A stretch of 63,182 bases of DNA, filler included, from Octopus bimaculoides (taxonomy: Eukaryota): NCBI RefSeq assembly GCF_001194135.2. It is 5 parts of 5 records of this genome, joined end to end, with 100 filler letters (N's around TTAATTAATTAA, not from the genome) between each part and the next. Parts side by side here need not be neighbours in the genome. Positions count along the whole stretch, not along the records: positions 39,237 to 56,323 come from NC_068985.1; 4 more parts are not named here. One strand, written 5' to 3'. Each line of letters starts with the position of its first letter. Position 1 is the first letter of the stretch. The notes below the pieces were generated by a model. It ran no database searches. It was not told the DNA's origin and saw only the letters and a program-made list of their open reading frames with translations. The position numbers were made by a program, and so were the translations under genes. This document shows, one piece after another, positions 39,526-52,744 of the stretch.

Positions 39526-40606
39526 ATGGTGAGTGTAAACAGGTGTTTTACTAATTGAACCTGGGGTCAATAATTTACTAGCAGCATTTATTACAGCTGT
39601 GCTGGAACAATGAGAGTTGATGCAGCATTAACAGGGCTGGGGGTATAAAACGGAGCAAACCCTCATTGATAATCTCCCATGTATTTGAAGAATATAGAGT
39701 GAAATATATGCTAGGTTTTGCAAAGGCTTTATTTATTTAAACTTAATTTACTCTTTACACCTGCAAGGAACTTTTTAATGCTGGCCCTGTCTCTAATGAG
39801 CCTGCTGCTATTAAGGAAAAAGCCGTTATGAATGCAAGGGGCAACTAAATTTAAGTTTCTTGGGTTCAAAGAGAAGACAAAGTAAACCTGTTTTGCATTC
39901 GTGGCAGGACAGCCGTATATTTATCAAATCAGTCTACTTGTAGTTGCCTGTTGATTAAACATTATCAAGAATAACTCATGTTTTATTTCACACTCCATTG
40001 TCATATGTTATAGTAGTAGTATGTTTCACAATTTGCCAGTAGTTCTTTTCCTGACGTGTCAGCAGATAGACCATCACTAGAGGCACCTGGAGGTTTATGC
40101 AGGTAGTGGTGTTTATTTTATAAAACCAGGTGAAGTTTACAATTTAAATAAATGATCGTCAGTGTGTTTTTGTTTATTTGCTTGCTTGCTTGCTTTATTT
40201 TTTTTGTGTATTTTTCTTTGTTTTTTCTTTTGTTTTTCTGAAATGTAAGCTGAGAGGACTTGATTTTCTTTAACTTGCCTTTACCATTATCACGGCATTT
40301 GTCATATAATTATCCTATGTAATCCTTTTTATCCAATTGTGACAAGATACGAAATAGAAATGACATTAGCGACAATTATTATCATTCCTTTGACATGTAC
40401 AATACGATCTTTTCTTACATAGCGTAAGAAATCCAGGCTTACAGGGCAAATTTATTCAATTTGTTCCCCCGGATTATTTGTCAAACTTTCTTTTATTTTC
40501 ACTGAACCACCTGTGAATATCAAAATGTGTTTTTAAAATTCTTTTACGCTGTCTATCTAAAATTAAAACCGCAGTGCATTCGGAGGGCTACAGTTAATTT
40601 TTATCA

Positions 40607-40649
<43 letters not shown>

Positions 40650-41112
40650 CAATATTTGAGACACGATGGCGATGTAAAAGCTTAATTTTAACTTCTAATA
40701 CACACATACAGTACCACAACCTGCTGCCAAGCTAATAAACTATCTTTCTTTCACTATATCATTCCTAATTTTAATTACTTTAGGCTCTTGTAAATCGTCA
40801 GCTCTTTATTTATTTAATTATTTTGTTTTGTTTAAATAGTTTTATTTTGAGTTGTCATCCAGGCTTTGTTTGGCTTAGTTAAGCATTGTGTAACCCTTTA
40901 CCTTTGGTGTGTATCGTATATGGTACATATTTTCCTATCCATGGGTCGCATATGATATATGTCCCCAATATTTGTTTTTTTCAACCCCAACCCCGAGAGT
41001 AACTTGGGGCTGATAAAAGAAAAATTTTATATGTCTCAGAACGTATGAAACAAATGCTAAACAAGCAAGGAAGTTTAGGGACAAACATACGAAAATGCTT
41101 TGGACAGGCAAC

Positions 41113-41888
41113 GGATCTCTTCAGTTTGGCTCACAGACTTTTTTAATTATTTTTTTTCTTTCTACTGAACAGTTTAAGACTTCGTATACTGGTGTAATTT
41201 CCCACGCTGAACACGATTTACTTACAACATTTTTGACAAAATTTAACATTTTAGAAGTTATTTCGTGTTGTCATATTTGGGTAATTTTAACCAATCAACG
41301 ACGTGTATTCAACTTAATGGCTTCGTTATGGGGGGCGGGGGCGTAAGCAAACCAACACCGGTTGTCAAGTGGTAGCGGAGAGCTCACGCACACATACACA
41401 CACGGAAGTGTGCTGAAAGGCTCCTGTTTGCTATAGTAATCGAAGAGCAACTACTTCCGGGTCATCTCTACTAAGTATATTTTTCAACCACGTGTGGATT
41501 ATTCGGTGTGTTCTTTAGCTTGGCTAGATGTGCATGAAATATAGAAAGATACTCAAAGAAATCGGATAGAGAGTATGTTAGAGAGGGAGACAGACAGGGA
41601 GGAGAAAGAGGAGAGATAGCACATATTTAGTAGAGACGACCCGGAAGTTGTTGCTCTTTGATTACTATCGCAAATAACAGTAGGTTTATTCAGCTGAATA
41701 CACGTCGTTGATTGGTTAAAATTACCCAAATACAGCTTTAACACGAAATAACTTCTAAAATACGAAGTTTTGTCAAAAATGTTGAAAGTAAGTCGTGTTC
41801 AGCGTGAGAAATTACACCAGTATACGAAGTTTCAAATTGTTTAGTTTAAAAAAAGATGTTTAATCTGTGAGTCAAAATGAAGAGATCC
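41113..41888. mobile_element. Foldback/MITE-type DNA transposon with ~265-bp TIRs
   Basis: 41113-41312 pairs with 41690-41888 and 41427-41480 pairs with 41623-41674; the left arm is interrupted by about 110 bp including a SINE fragment. Confidence 0.85.
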
Positions 41889-42711
41889 AAGGCAATGGTT
41901 TAATACCCGATATGAGTATTATCTCGGTTAAAGTTACTATGCTACCCACATTATATAACCGTTTGCTTAAGAGAATATTTGCACTATCTATAAAATAGTT
42001 AACAACAGGGCATGAATATCACAACAACTTGTTTCACTCGCTTATAAGTTTGAAGTGATATTTCGATAAAATGTCAGATTTACAAGGAAGGGAAACATAA
42101 AGACGCAGGCATGGACGAATAGTTAAGACGTTTGCTTCACAATCCTGAGAACCAAATTTGATCCTTCTACCTAACACCTCGAGTTTTACAAAAGCTCTGG
42201 GTTATCTCAAGCCTTGTTAGTGAAACTATAACCTGTTTGGAAACGAGCCAAATGGATTTTGCCTGGAATTGAAAAGATCAGCCTTGTTTGAAGATCACGT
42301 TGATTCTCCTTGAGAAACACCTTAAGAGTATATTGTGTCTATGTAATACTGAACCACTTACGCGCTAAATAAGAGAGTAGGCCATTTTGTTCATCGGTTA
42401 TTTAGAACGCTCATTGCAGAAACCGACGAAAATCCATTTATATTTACATTAGTTCAATAAGTTATTTAAATTTAGCTTATCTAAGATACGTGCTCAAATT
42501 CAGGTCCAAGTTTTATCTTTACTTCCTCCAGGATCAAGATCAAAAATCGAATAAGGCGTGTGTTATCTAAAGGGAATTTGGCTGTCAATTCTAGCATGTC
42601 GAGTGGTACACTTCCTAATAAATAGAAGCGTACAAGACAGCGTAACATGATGTTTGCCGATAAAACGACAAATCCAACCTGTATTAAACAACCTTTTGAA
42701 TTCAACAGGCT

Positions 42712-42856
42712 ACCAACTGGTACTTATTTTATTGTCTCCGAAAGGATGAAAGACAAAGTCGACTTCGGCGGAAGTTTGAATTCAGAATGTGAAGACGGAC
42801 GAAGCGCCGCTAAGCATTTTGTCTCGCGTGCTAACGATTCTGACAACTCATCACCT
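42712..42856 (-). mobile_element. SINE family B
   Basis: AACTGGTACTTATTTT..AAAGTCGACTTCGGCGG..GCTAACGATTCTG. Confidence 0.82.
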
Positions 42857-43838
42857 TAAATTTCTCGGGGAAAATACTGACAGCAAAAATAACATCCTGC
42901 ATTTTTTAATATACTCTGTACTCGTGGATGTCATATAAAAAAAAAACTCTGGAACGAAAAGCCGATAACTTGAGCAAAACAAAGTTCAAAAATGTTCTGA
43001 GATGTGGTTGAGAGGGTTCATTACTAATGTTTGTGGGATGGGGACCCTGGATCTGCTGAACTGCAATCATCTTCAGACATCAACTTCCGCACTCTCCTGG
43101 TCATCGTTTCAAGTGAAAGGCTGTTTCAGTTCTTAACTACAATGCAACTCTGCTACTTGACCTTTACTATCGATCTTTGGTGTCTCTACTTGCATCATCT
43201 AAATCTATTCAATCAGTCCGTTGAGCCTATATTTTATCAAAATCGTAAAATTCTGTTGAAGCTAATACTTTGAGATCTATTAGATCAGAACAAACCATGG
43301 CAGGAACTAAGGATAAAATCTGAACCTCAGTTCTAATGAAGAACTGAATGTTGAAAAGCTTGCAATCGTTCAGTTCTAGGCCACGGATTTTTCTGAATAT
43401 TTGCCGGAATCAGCAGGGGGGAAGCTCTCTTAACCACCACCACCACCACTCTGCTTGGTATGGCTATGATAATACATTAAAGAAAAATATGAGACAGGGA
43501 GAGACAATAAAATGAGAAAGATAAAGTAGAATAATTTTAACTGGTGAAGAAAGAGACGGTAACTATATTTATTTTCAACCAGCGAACGAAACAAATGGGT
43601 AACTGTTAACTACACGGTAGGATAAGATCTGTCGTCGTTACATGGTAATAACTATATCAAATGAGTGACTGGCACACTAGTCGTCAAAATGCGCACGCGT
43701 TCACAGAATGGCAAATAATTTATGTAAGACTTAGTAAAGAAGGTTTCTAGAGTAACACTGCTAATAGGTACTAAACGACGCGTCGTAGCAAGAATCTTTT
43801 GTGTTCGCTGGTCGACTGAAAAATGATTCTACTCTCTT

Positions 43839-43869
<31 letters not shown>

Positions 43870-44788
43870 CTCTATCGACACACACACACACACACACACA
43901 CAGAAATTCAAGCTCCCAAAGTTATGGAATGCGGAAATGAGAAAGGGCCTAACATTACCTAGAACAATAGGAAATTGTGCAAACTTCAGAATCATAACAC
44001 TTACAGCATATATTTACTTTATCTTATTTAACAAACTGATGCGGAGCAAATGCTTTGTAGGAGCAAATTATCTAAGACCATCAGAGAAATGATTGGAGAA
44101 CGGAACTTCTGCGAAAGTAAAACCATGAATACAGAATGGAGTAAGAATCAAAGTTTGCAAACCCTGAGCAAGACTTGGACAAGACTGTTGGGAATACGAG
44201 CTGTGTTCGGACTTACTCTGTCCTGGTACCAGCAGAAAGCCATTTTGATTGGGATGTTGTTGATATCTTACGCCCATCACACAAAGAATACAAGATGAAT
44301 GTGTTAAGCATTTATCAAATTAATTCTATAACTTAAATGTGGTGCACAGATGTGCATGAGAGCGTGCATATTTATTAAACTAGATTGTAATTGATTCTTA
44401 ATTAGAAATTAATTTCCTAATATACAATTTAATTTTTAAGACTAAACTCGTTATTGTGATTCGATACTGTTATTCAGTATTATGAATTCAAATACGTTTA
44501 CTAATTTTATTCCCAGTTATCAGCCCAGAGTTGTAGAATGGTGAAAGTGCATCGAGTGAGCTGCCTTGCAGTATCTGTTCTAGTCTTTTGCATTCTGAAA
44601 GCGTCACTGGTAACTCACTAGTGCCAAGTTCTGGCGAGCTTAAACTGCAACCATTGTCTTGGACAACATCGGTAACGCAGAGAAGGGAAGCTTAAATGCA
44701 CAATCAATAGTCTTACCATGCTTCCACTTAGAGGTGCAAATAGATGTTTGACCCTGGCCGACGAAGAGTTCCCTAGCCCTCGCTTCGG

Positions 44789-44856
44789 ATAGGTGCAGGA
44801 GTGGCTGTGTGGTAAGTAGCTTGCTTACCAACCACATGGTTCCGGGTTCAGTCCCA
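44789..44856 (+). mobile_element. SINE family A 5' head only
   Basis: ATAGGTGCAGGAGTGGCTGTGTGGTAAGTAGCTTGCTTACCAACCACATGGTTCCGGGTTCAGTCCCA. Confidence 0.85.
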
Positions 44857-45254
44857 GGAACTGTGTCGTAAAACCCCTGCCAAACAGACGCAGTCGCCTG
44901 GGGTAGTCTTCAACCTCACTAGCTCCTGTCAACCTTTATATGCATACATACATGGAAGTCGGACGTTGAACGATGATGATTATTATAAAAGTTAAAACGA
45001 AACAGTGTATACAGAATTAACTCATTTTGTTTCTTCTCTAAAATAACCTTTCAGCCTCATTAAATGACTCCAGCAGTGAATACTATACTTTATGCTTACA
45101 GGCCGTTTATAATACTCTTGCTTCTGTGGTATTAACCTTTTGCCTGTCCAAATAATTTTCAAGATGTAAACATTTTTCTTCTTCTCCGTGATTATCTTCT
45201 ACATATATTAAAAAAAAGTAGCATTGTTTCCTTAAGATCTCCTTTATATTTCAG

Positions 45255-45370
45255 GGTTGGCAGGAAATGACACCCTCGACCAAGCGTATGCTGATTCTAT
45301 TGTGGAGACATTCGACGACCTTCACGTAGAATTTGGAAAAACTCTAAACGAGAAAGATGAGAAAAAAAAG
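45255..45370 (+). CDS. Sigma-class glutathione S-transferase (GST/S-crystallin family), internal exon
   Basis: tttcag|GG acceptor and AAG|gtactg donor; phase 1 start; (G)LAGNDTLDQAYADSIVETFDDLHVEFGKTLNEKDEKKK. Confidence 0.9.
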
Positions 45371-45829
45371 GTACTGATAACTTCTTTTTTTTTTTTAATT
45401 ATTGAGTAGAAATTTACGGAGGTGGACATGCATAGCAAGTGACTTGATCTGAGATGGTTTGCTGAGACAATAACAGTTGCAGCGTGAAAGATGTTTGTAA
45501 GCCATTTAAGAACACAGAAACCGTTAGTTTCATTTCAACATTTAAATTTAATTTTCGTCGCTTTGAAACCGCGACAAAACTGTCAGTGAACAGGTCGCGG
45601 TTTCAAAGTGACGAAAATATTTTGACACAAAATGAATTTAAATGTTGGAGTAGAAAATTATTAATTTTATACCATCTTAACTCCTAACTATAAAATAGTT
45701 TTAAATTAATTTTATAACTTGGATGTTAAAAGGAGTAACGACCATCACCAAAAACTATATAAAATTGTTTCAAATTTGGACACAAGGCCAGCAATTTTAA
45801 AGGAGAGGTAAGTCAATTCCATCGACCCC

Positions 45830-46385
45830 ATTGGCATCGACCAGGGCTCCGATCTTGCCGGGTCTTCTCAAATACGGCATATCTCCAAAGGTCTCGGTCG
45901 CTTGCCATTGCGTCTGTGAGGCCCAGCTTTCGAAGGTTGTGTTTCACCACCTCATTCAAAATCTTCCTGGGTCTATCTCTTTCACAGGTTCCCTCCACTG
46001 TTAGGGTGTGACACTTCTTCACACAGCTGTCTTCAACCATACGCATCACATGACCATTCTAGCGCAGTCATCTCTCTTACTCACTTCATCTGATACTTCT
46101 TATGTCCAACTTTTTTCTCGGGGCGCTTACACTCTGCCGTGTGCACACTGACATTACACATCCAGCGGAGCATACTAGCCTTATTTCTTTCAATCCTACG
46201 CATGTCCTCAGCGGTTACATGCATCATACAGTCTACCTTTTACTCTGAACGAGAGGCTCTTTCTTACCAGCAGAGGTAAGAACTCTCTGAACTTTGCCCA
46301 GGCTATTCTTATTCTAGCAGCTACGCTCTCGGAGCATCCCCCCACCCCGCCGCTGTGGACACCTGAATTGAAAATTATATCAGAC
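45830..46385 (-). mobile_element. RTE-clade LINE 3' fragment in the GST intron
   Basis: GGCSESVAARIRIAWAKFREFLPLL..KGRLYDAC and VEGTCERDRPRK..EVVKHNLRKLGL..MASDRDLWR. Confidence 0.85.
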
Positions 46386-47219
46386 GGGTGTGGGGTACGT
46401 GCGAGACAGCTTGCAAAGTTCAAAAGAGTAGAAACTGTTTTGCTGTAATATAAATGATACAAAGAGAATAAAATCTATACATTTGTAGATCGGTTCAATT
46501 ATGTTTGAGACACATTTGACTTGTGAAAAGGCCATTTTTCACAGCAGTTTGTCTTTGAGATAATTCTCGCTTTAAGCAAAAAATATTAAAACACCAATCA
46601 TTTCAGAGCACGCGCCGCAGGTATATCAAGATCTTTTACCTAAAGCGAAGATTTTATCGTTAAAAATTGGAAATTAACCCAATGCCTATGCTGTGAATCA
46701 CAGAACATATTTCTTATATGATATATAGTCCCAACTATTTTTTCAGAGTGACTTGAAACTTATGACAAGAAAACTTTATATTTTTCACAACGCATGAAAT
46801 AGATTAATTGAAATGCTTTGGACTAGTAAATGGTTAAACTAAACTATCAGTAGATTTCTTGTCTTTTATTTCAGCAATTCCACTGTCTGATAGGCATATT
46901 CTTCTCTCGGTTTAACACCACCACGAAACCTGAGTGGGTTTTAGCAGGGTTCAATGAATAAAAGGCGTTTGGACCAAATGTTCGGTCTGGAGTTAACTGG
47001 AATGACTTCTGTTTCTCTTATCAGTCTCGGAGCACTGAAAAGGGCCATTAATGTCACGAGTGCTGTTCCACCTCTGATTAAACTGTTAAAAAGATTACCT
47101 GACAGAACTAACAAAATTGATACTGTAAATGTCTTAGAAGAGATTATCTAATCATAAGAAATATTTGTGAAATCACTTTTTTTTATACACAAGAATGTTT
47201 GCAACTGTCTATAACATAT

Positions 47220-47311
47220 CGTTCTCTCTCTCTCTCTTTTTTCTCTCTCTCTCTCTCTCTTTTTTTCTCTCTCTTTCTTTTTTTCTCTCTCTTTCTTTCT
47301 CTCTCTCTCTT

Positions 47312-47360
<49 letters not shown>

Positions 47361-47422
47361 CTCTCTTTTTCTCTCTCTCTCTTTTTCTCTCTCTCTCTTT
47401 TTCTCTCTTTCTCTCTCTCTCA
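47220..47422. repeat. CT-rich degenerate microsatellite
   Basis: Direct reading. Confidence 0.9.
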
Positions 47423-47491
47423 ATACATAGTTGTTTTTTTATTTTAATTCTTTAAAACAGTTTATCTTATGTTTCCTGAAATTTCTTACAG

Positions 47492-47602
47492 GCTGAGTTG
47501 ACTTTGCAGTTCCGAAAAGAAACACTACCAAGATATTTAGGCAATTTGGAAAAAGCTTTGAACCGAAATAATGGAGGAACAGGCTATTTCGTTGGCGATT
47601 CT
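47492..47602 (+). CDS. Sigma-class GST, penultimate exon
   Basis: ttacag|GCT ... TCT|gtaaga; 111 nt, phase 0/0; AELTLQFRKETLPRYLGNLEKALNRNNGGTGYFVGDS. Confidence 0.93.
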
Positions 47603-48382
47603 GTAAGAAATTTTTATGTGAATGATATAACTTTTCATTTGAATTTTGTTTACCGCATATAATTGCAATTAATAATTAGACAGTGGTGGTTTTTGCTAGG
47701 TGTGTTATCTTCAACAGGAGTGTGTAGGTTTTTCTGCCCAATGCGCTGAGCTGCGCCAGAACACGTAAAGCTAAATATGTCTTTTTAAGATATTAATGTT
47801 ATCTTCTTTGTTTCAGTTTTTGTTTTACTTCATTTCAATTTTCTCCAGTTCCCTTAACGATACGTGCCATAATCTTAAATGTCGAACTAACGACCTTTAT
47901 TTCAAGGAATGGTAGCGATACCTTTAATTAAGCAGACATAATTACCTGTAAACACTTCATTGAAAAGAAATTAGATCTACAGGGTTTTTTGAGTTCAAAC
48001 TGAAAGACACAATTGACTGAAACACTATGAAAAAAATTATATGAAAGCGGAGGTCACCATATTTTCAGTAACGCAAGTCAAAATTTTCAGACCAAAATTT
48101 ACACCAAAACTAATTTATATAAAGACGACTTTCGAGGACCAAAATATTCATATGAAATGCAACAGGATTGGGAAGGACAGTGACGATATTTGAATATTTA
48201 CGCTACATGATTACACTGCATACTACGTCAGTTTGTATGCTGTAAAAATGGGAATAGTTTAGAAAACCCTTAATTGCTTTGGCAATATCTCTTTTCTGCA
48301 ACATTGAATTGTTTCATTTTTTTTTTTGCTGTTTTTCAACCCAGTATTCTGACCTTTTTCTTTTTTTCTGTCTCTTTCACAG

Positions 48383-48547
48383 TTAACATGGGCAGATTTG
48401 CAGGCTTTCCATATATTAGATATAACTCTGCGCGATGATGATGAGATCCTGAAGCAGTACCCCAAGCTGGAAGGCTTGAGACAGCGGATTGGAAACTTGC
48501 CGCGCATTTCAAGTTACCTACAGACCCGCCCTCAGAGTAAAGTATAG
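48383..48547 (+). CDS. Sigma-class GST, last coding exon
   Basis: ttcacag|TTA; LTWADLQAFHILDITLRDDDEILKQYPKLEGLRQRIGNLPRISSYLQTRPQSKV*; splicing restores the GST-C motif FVGDSLTWADL and the sigma-type YL..RP end. Confidence 0.93.
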   Translation, partial: LTWADLQAFHILDITLRDDDEILKQYPKLEGLRQRIGNLPRISSYLQTRPQSKV

Positions 48548-50989
48548 ATCCAGGAGGTGAAATCTCTAAACAAAATGGAACGACAATTTAGAAAGAAAGA
48601 AATTTTCCTTTCATGATTTTTTTAATTGCTCACTTACCATGTCTTTTGTCCACCTCTCTCACCATTTTAATGATAATGTTCATTAAAAACAGATTAGCAT
48701 TAACACATCAATCTGTTTTACATTAACCCTAACTTTAGTTTAATGTATATTATTAGGAATTAAATCTTAACATCTCTTAAATTAAACTTAATTTATTTTC
48801 ATTATAGTCAAAAAGCTTTTCCCCCAGCCTTGTACTGTAAACTTTTGTGCTGAAATTCTTGGCCTTTGTGTATTACAAAACGAGCATTTGTACTTGTGAT
48901 TATGTACTTGATGAGACAATGTAATCAAATTAAACTTAAAACCTTAGCTGCAGCGATGTGCTGTGAACCTTTTCGGTATCATATGTTAAATATCTCCCCT
49001 GCATTTTGAAATTTTCTCTAATTCCATATTTCTATCAATTTTGCGTCTAAAACAAAAAAATCTCTAGCATTGTACGAAACAGTAAATTAGCATTTTCATT
49101 ATTTAACATCTTTCAAATTGATTTCAAGTATCATAGGCTATTTTAATATGACCGTTACTGGCAAATCTGTAATTAACTTACATTGACTATATTTTGTTTT
49201 TAACAAACAGTATAAGCACAACAAATATAATCTCAAAACTAATTTGGTGGGGTTTTCGCTAACTTTGTGAGAACGATCTTTGCATTAGTTTCCCAATAAT
49301 ACAAAACAAATATTGCAGTTGGGACTGTATGTGTGTGAGTATGTCTGGGTTTTGTTGGTTTTTCTAAAGAATTAAAAATTATAAATGTGAAATGCAAGGC
49401 AGTAGTTTGAATGGGAATATGAGTAAATGTTTGTGTATGATTAACTCTAAATGCGGAATTAAAATTGGTTAGTAACGGGTAGATATTTCATGTAAGAACA
49501 TGCGGGGAACACTGCAGTATTAGATTAAGCAATAGCGACATTGAAAGACCTAAGGAATAGAGGGACCTTTTTTTGTTTGATATGTGTACTTTTCCATGCT
49601 GGCACGGGTTGGCGAAGTTTTCTGACCCAGTGTTTTATGGTCAGATGCCCTTTCTTCGCCATCCTTTTTAGTTGCCTTTTACTACACGCAGGGGCGGGGT
49701 ATACCTATTCTGTACCCGGAGTATACATGGTGTAAATCATGAGACGGAGTAATTATTTTAACACATTCTTTAGGGCGATACTCTCATATGAATTTAACCG
49801 TAATGGCTAAATCCGACTAAAGGATTCGTCAATAATCTGTTACCTTAAAATGGTTGACTTCTCTTTATTTTGTGAAATTTTAAAAAGGTTTCAAGTTAGC
49901 GCAATCTGATATAATAGTTTCAAGTATTATTGTTTCATTGAAATATAAATATCTTGCAAAACATTATTATAAAAAATTATATTTATTTTGAAGATATATG
50001 CCACCATACTTTATATATATATGTATATGTATATATATTACATATTTATATATATATATAAATTTAGTGATAAAGCTCAATGTTGCAAAAGATATTATAA
50101 ACTTGTCTCGGTAGTGTAGCGAGGTGAAACTGATAACAAAAATGCAACCAATAACTTAATAATATAGCCATCATTTTTACCTTATTTATTGTTGAAATCT
50201 GTCTGTGCGTAACATTTCTGTTCTCTGGAGATAATTTTGTTGTGAAGAAGCATAATAATAATAATAAAGATAACAGTAATGGCAATTACATTGTCACTTT
50301 ATATTGTTGGGATTTTACCCATAATAATTCTCTTTCTCTTTTTCTCTCTCCAGATAGCATAATGGAGGTTTTATTTTTTACATATGTGTAATAAAGCATT
50401 TTCTCTTATATTTATTCCTCAATCATCCTTCTAAGTAGTCACATTTTAATGTTTTAAAGTTGACTGATCAATTTTTAAATAAATATATATAATGATTTAT
50501 GTGTCGAAGACTTTAGTCATATTTTTTGTTGTTCTAAATAAGAACATCATGAAAATAAAATGTTTGGTTTCAGAGAAATTACTCGGGCTTTTCTTTAAAA
50601 AATAAAAAAATAATAATTCACCTCTACCCCCATTTCTAACCATCTATTACTCTCTCCTCTCATTCTTATACAACTACCTCCTCCCCACTCCCTGATACAG
50701 CGTATTTATCCACTCTTATAATCACCTTCTTGAATCTTGAGATGCTCTGGCATCTCATCACCACCATCTTTCCAGTTCCTGCCACCCGCCCTCATATAAT
50801 GTCAGCTAGCCTTGGATCTCCTTCACAGCAACACATTTGGGCTCGTTCCTCTATCATAATTTAGCCTCTCAACGTCTGGCATAAAACCACCGCCTATTCC
50901 TTCTTAGATATTCTTTCTTTTTTCTTAGTCGAGGGGGCTTTTTTCTATTCTTTTCTTTTGTCTTAAAAATTACTTGGTGACATCACTTG

Positions 50990-51165
50990 TGTCAGCGGAA
51001 TGAAAAAGTACCCAGTACATACTATGTAGTGGTTGGCGTTGGAAAGGACATCCAACCATAGAAAATATGTGAAAACTTACAGCGGTGCTCAAAGTGGCTC
51101 TCGGGCTTGCCGGATCCTGTCAAACTCAACCAATGTCAACATGGAAAACATGTTAAATGATGAAT
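50990..51165 (+). mobile_element. RTE-type 3' tail repeat (related reverse copies near 49590-49700 and 61575-61650)
   Basis: GTGGTTGGCGTTGGAAAGGACATCCAACC..TCCTGTCAAAC..CAACATGGAAAAC..GTTAAATGATGA; similar to the GGATGCCCTTCC blocks elsewhere in the window. Confidence 0.45.
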
Positions 51166-52453
51166 TACTAAACGAATTAATATCACATTTTAAATTCTAA
51201 AACGGGAACCATTAAAGAAACTTGCCTCAAGCAGTGAGAATTATCTCGTTACTGTTTCTAAAAGTAATTTTAAGCAAAATCTTCTTTTACAAGATTCAAG
51301 TTGCTACAGTTTTTTCTTTTTCTTTGTAAAACCTTTATTTGGGCTCAGATCTTCACGCAACAGATACTTACACTTTTTAAGATATTGTTACCATACAAGT
51401 ATAGCAAAAGGCAATGAGCATGTCGACTTAAATGCTTGTCGAATGTGACCATGATTCTACACAAACCAAACTTTGAAACAGATGTTTTCCAAGATACACA
51501 TAAGCTGCATGAGAAAACACAGCATGAATGAAATTTATTAAGATAAAAAAAAAAGCGTAAAGTGTTTTTATCTTCTTTTCCAACATCGTAACCTTGTACA
51601 GAAGATATTTTAAAAAAATCCAGAAACTTTAAAATTTAATCTTGTAAATATCACAAAAAATAACATGAGCTAAAAAAAAAAAAACACCTTTATGGAAATA
51701 TGTCAAAACACAGGATATCAAATATTTAAAAATTATATTCAGATAACGTTGGACAGGTCAGATTATTTCAGAAGTGGTCTCATAACATAAATTCATACAT
51801 TCAATGTACAGATACAACAAACTATGTAAGTTAATAGACATCTCACGAGAAAGGCAAGTATCTAAAAAATCAATATGCAATACACTATTGTAAAATTTAT
51901 CAGGGTCAATTAAAATCACAAATATACAGCTAAACTACGTAGGGTTTTAAACAATCGCTGTACTCCTTTATAACAACTTGTGCCATCATTACTAAATTTC
52001 TAGAACCAGTGCAAAATCATAGCCTCAGAACCATTTCACTCTTATGCACACTCAAGCATTTTAGAAACTTATTCCTTCATATCACTAACCAACATATTTC
52101 CCCTCTTGAATTTAAATCTCTACACGTACGATTCCAACCGCTATCGGCATTAACAAGGATTGTATAAGCCTTGTCTCACATCAGATGCATAGAAAGCTAG
52201 CTCCAAAGCAAGACTTAAAAGCACACCTAAGAAATCTATTAGTTCTTTCGTACCGTAGATGTCAACCTATTCGTTAAGATAAGCACACGAGAAACAGAAG
52301 ACAAATACAAGGAATTTCATGTAAAACGCAGAAGACATAGTAAAGAAATTCAACTATGTCGAAACGACAGATACAATACTTGTCCAACAGAAAGAAACAA
52401 GTGTACAAGCAATACAGCGCATCTATCATAGACCATACGAATTCTGTCTAGAT

Positions 52454-52626
52454 CAGTGCTTCGCAACTGGTATGCCATGGCACACTGGTGTGCCACGAGA
52501 CGATGCTAGGTGTGCCGCAGTGTAACCTGAATATAATTTTTTCCTTATATTTTTAGTTCAGGTGCGTCGCCGAATCTTGAAAAGAATATAAGTATACAGC
52601 AAGTGAATAAAGGTTGCGGAGCGTTG
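52454..52626. mobile_element. hAT (Charlie-like) MITE
   Basis: Ends CAGTGCTTCGCAAC and GTTGCGGAGCGTTG; 8-bp TSD GTCTAGAT/GTCTGGAT (NTCTAGAN-type site). Confidence 0.75.
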
Positions 52627-52744
52627 GTCTGGATCGCCAACCTCTCTAAATTGCGCAGAACGGGTTATACATCAAGACAGGTTGCATGCAGACCACACAC
52701 ACAATAAGTACTATCTCGAGTCCCAGGACTCATAGCGCCGGTTA

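Noticed and set aside
46875-46960. AG acceptor-like site in the GST intron as an S-crystallin loop exon
   Set aside because: Reading runs to a stop without a suitable in-phase donor and shows no GST/crystallin similarity.
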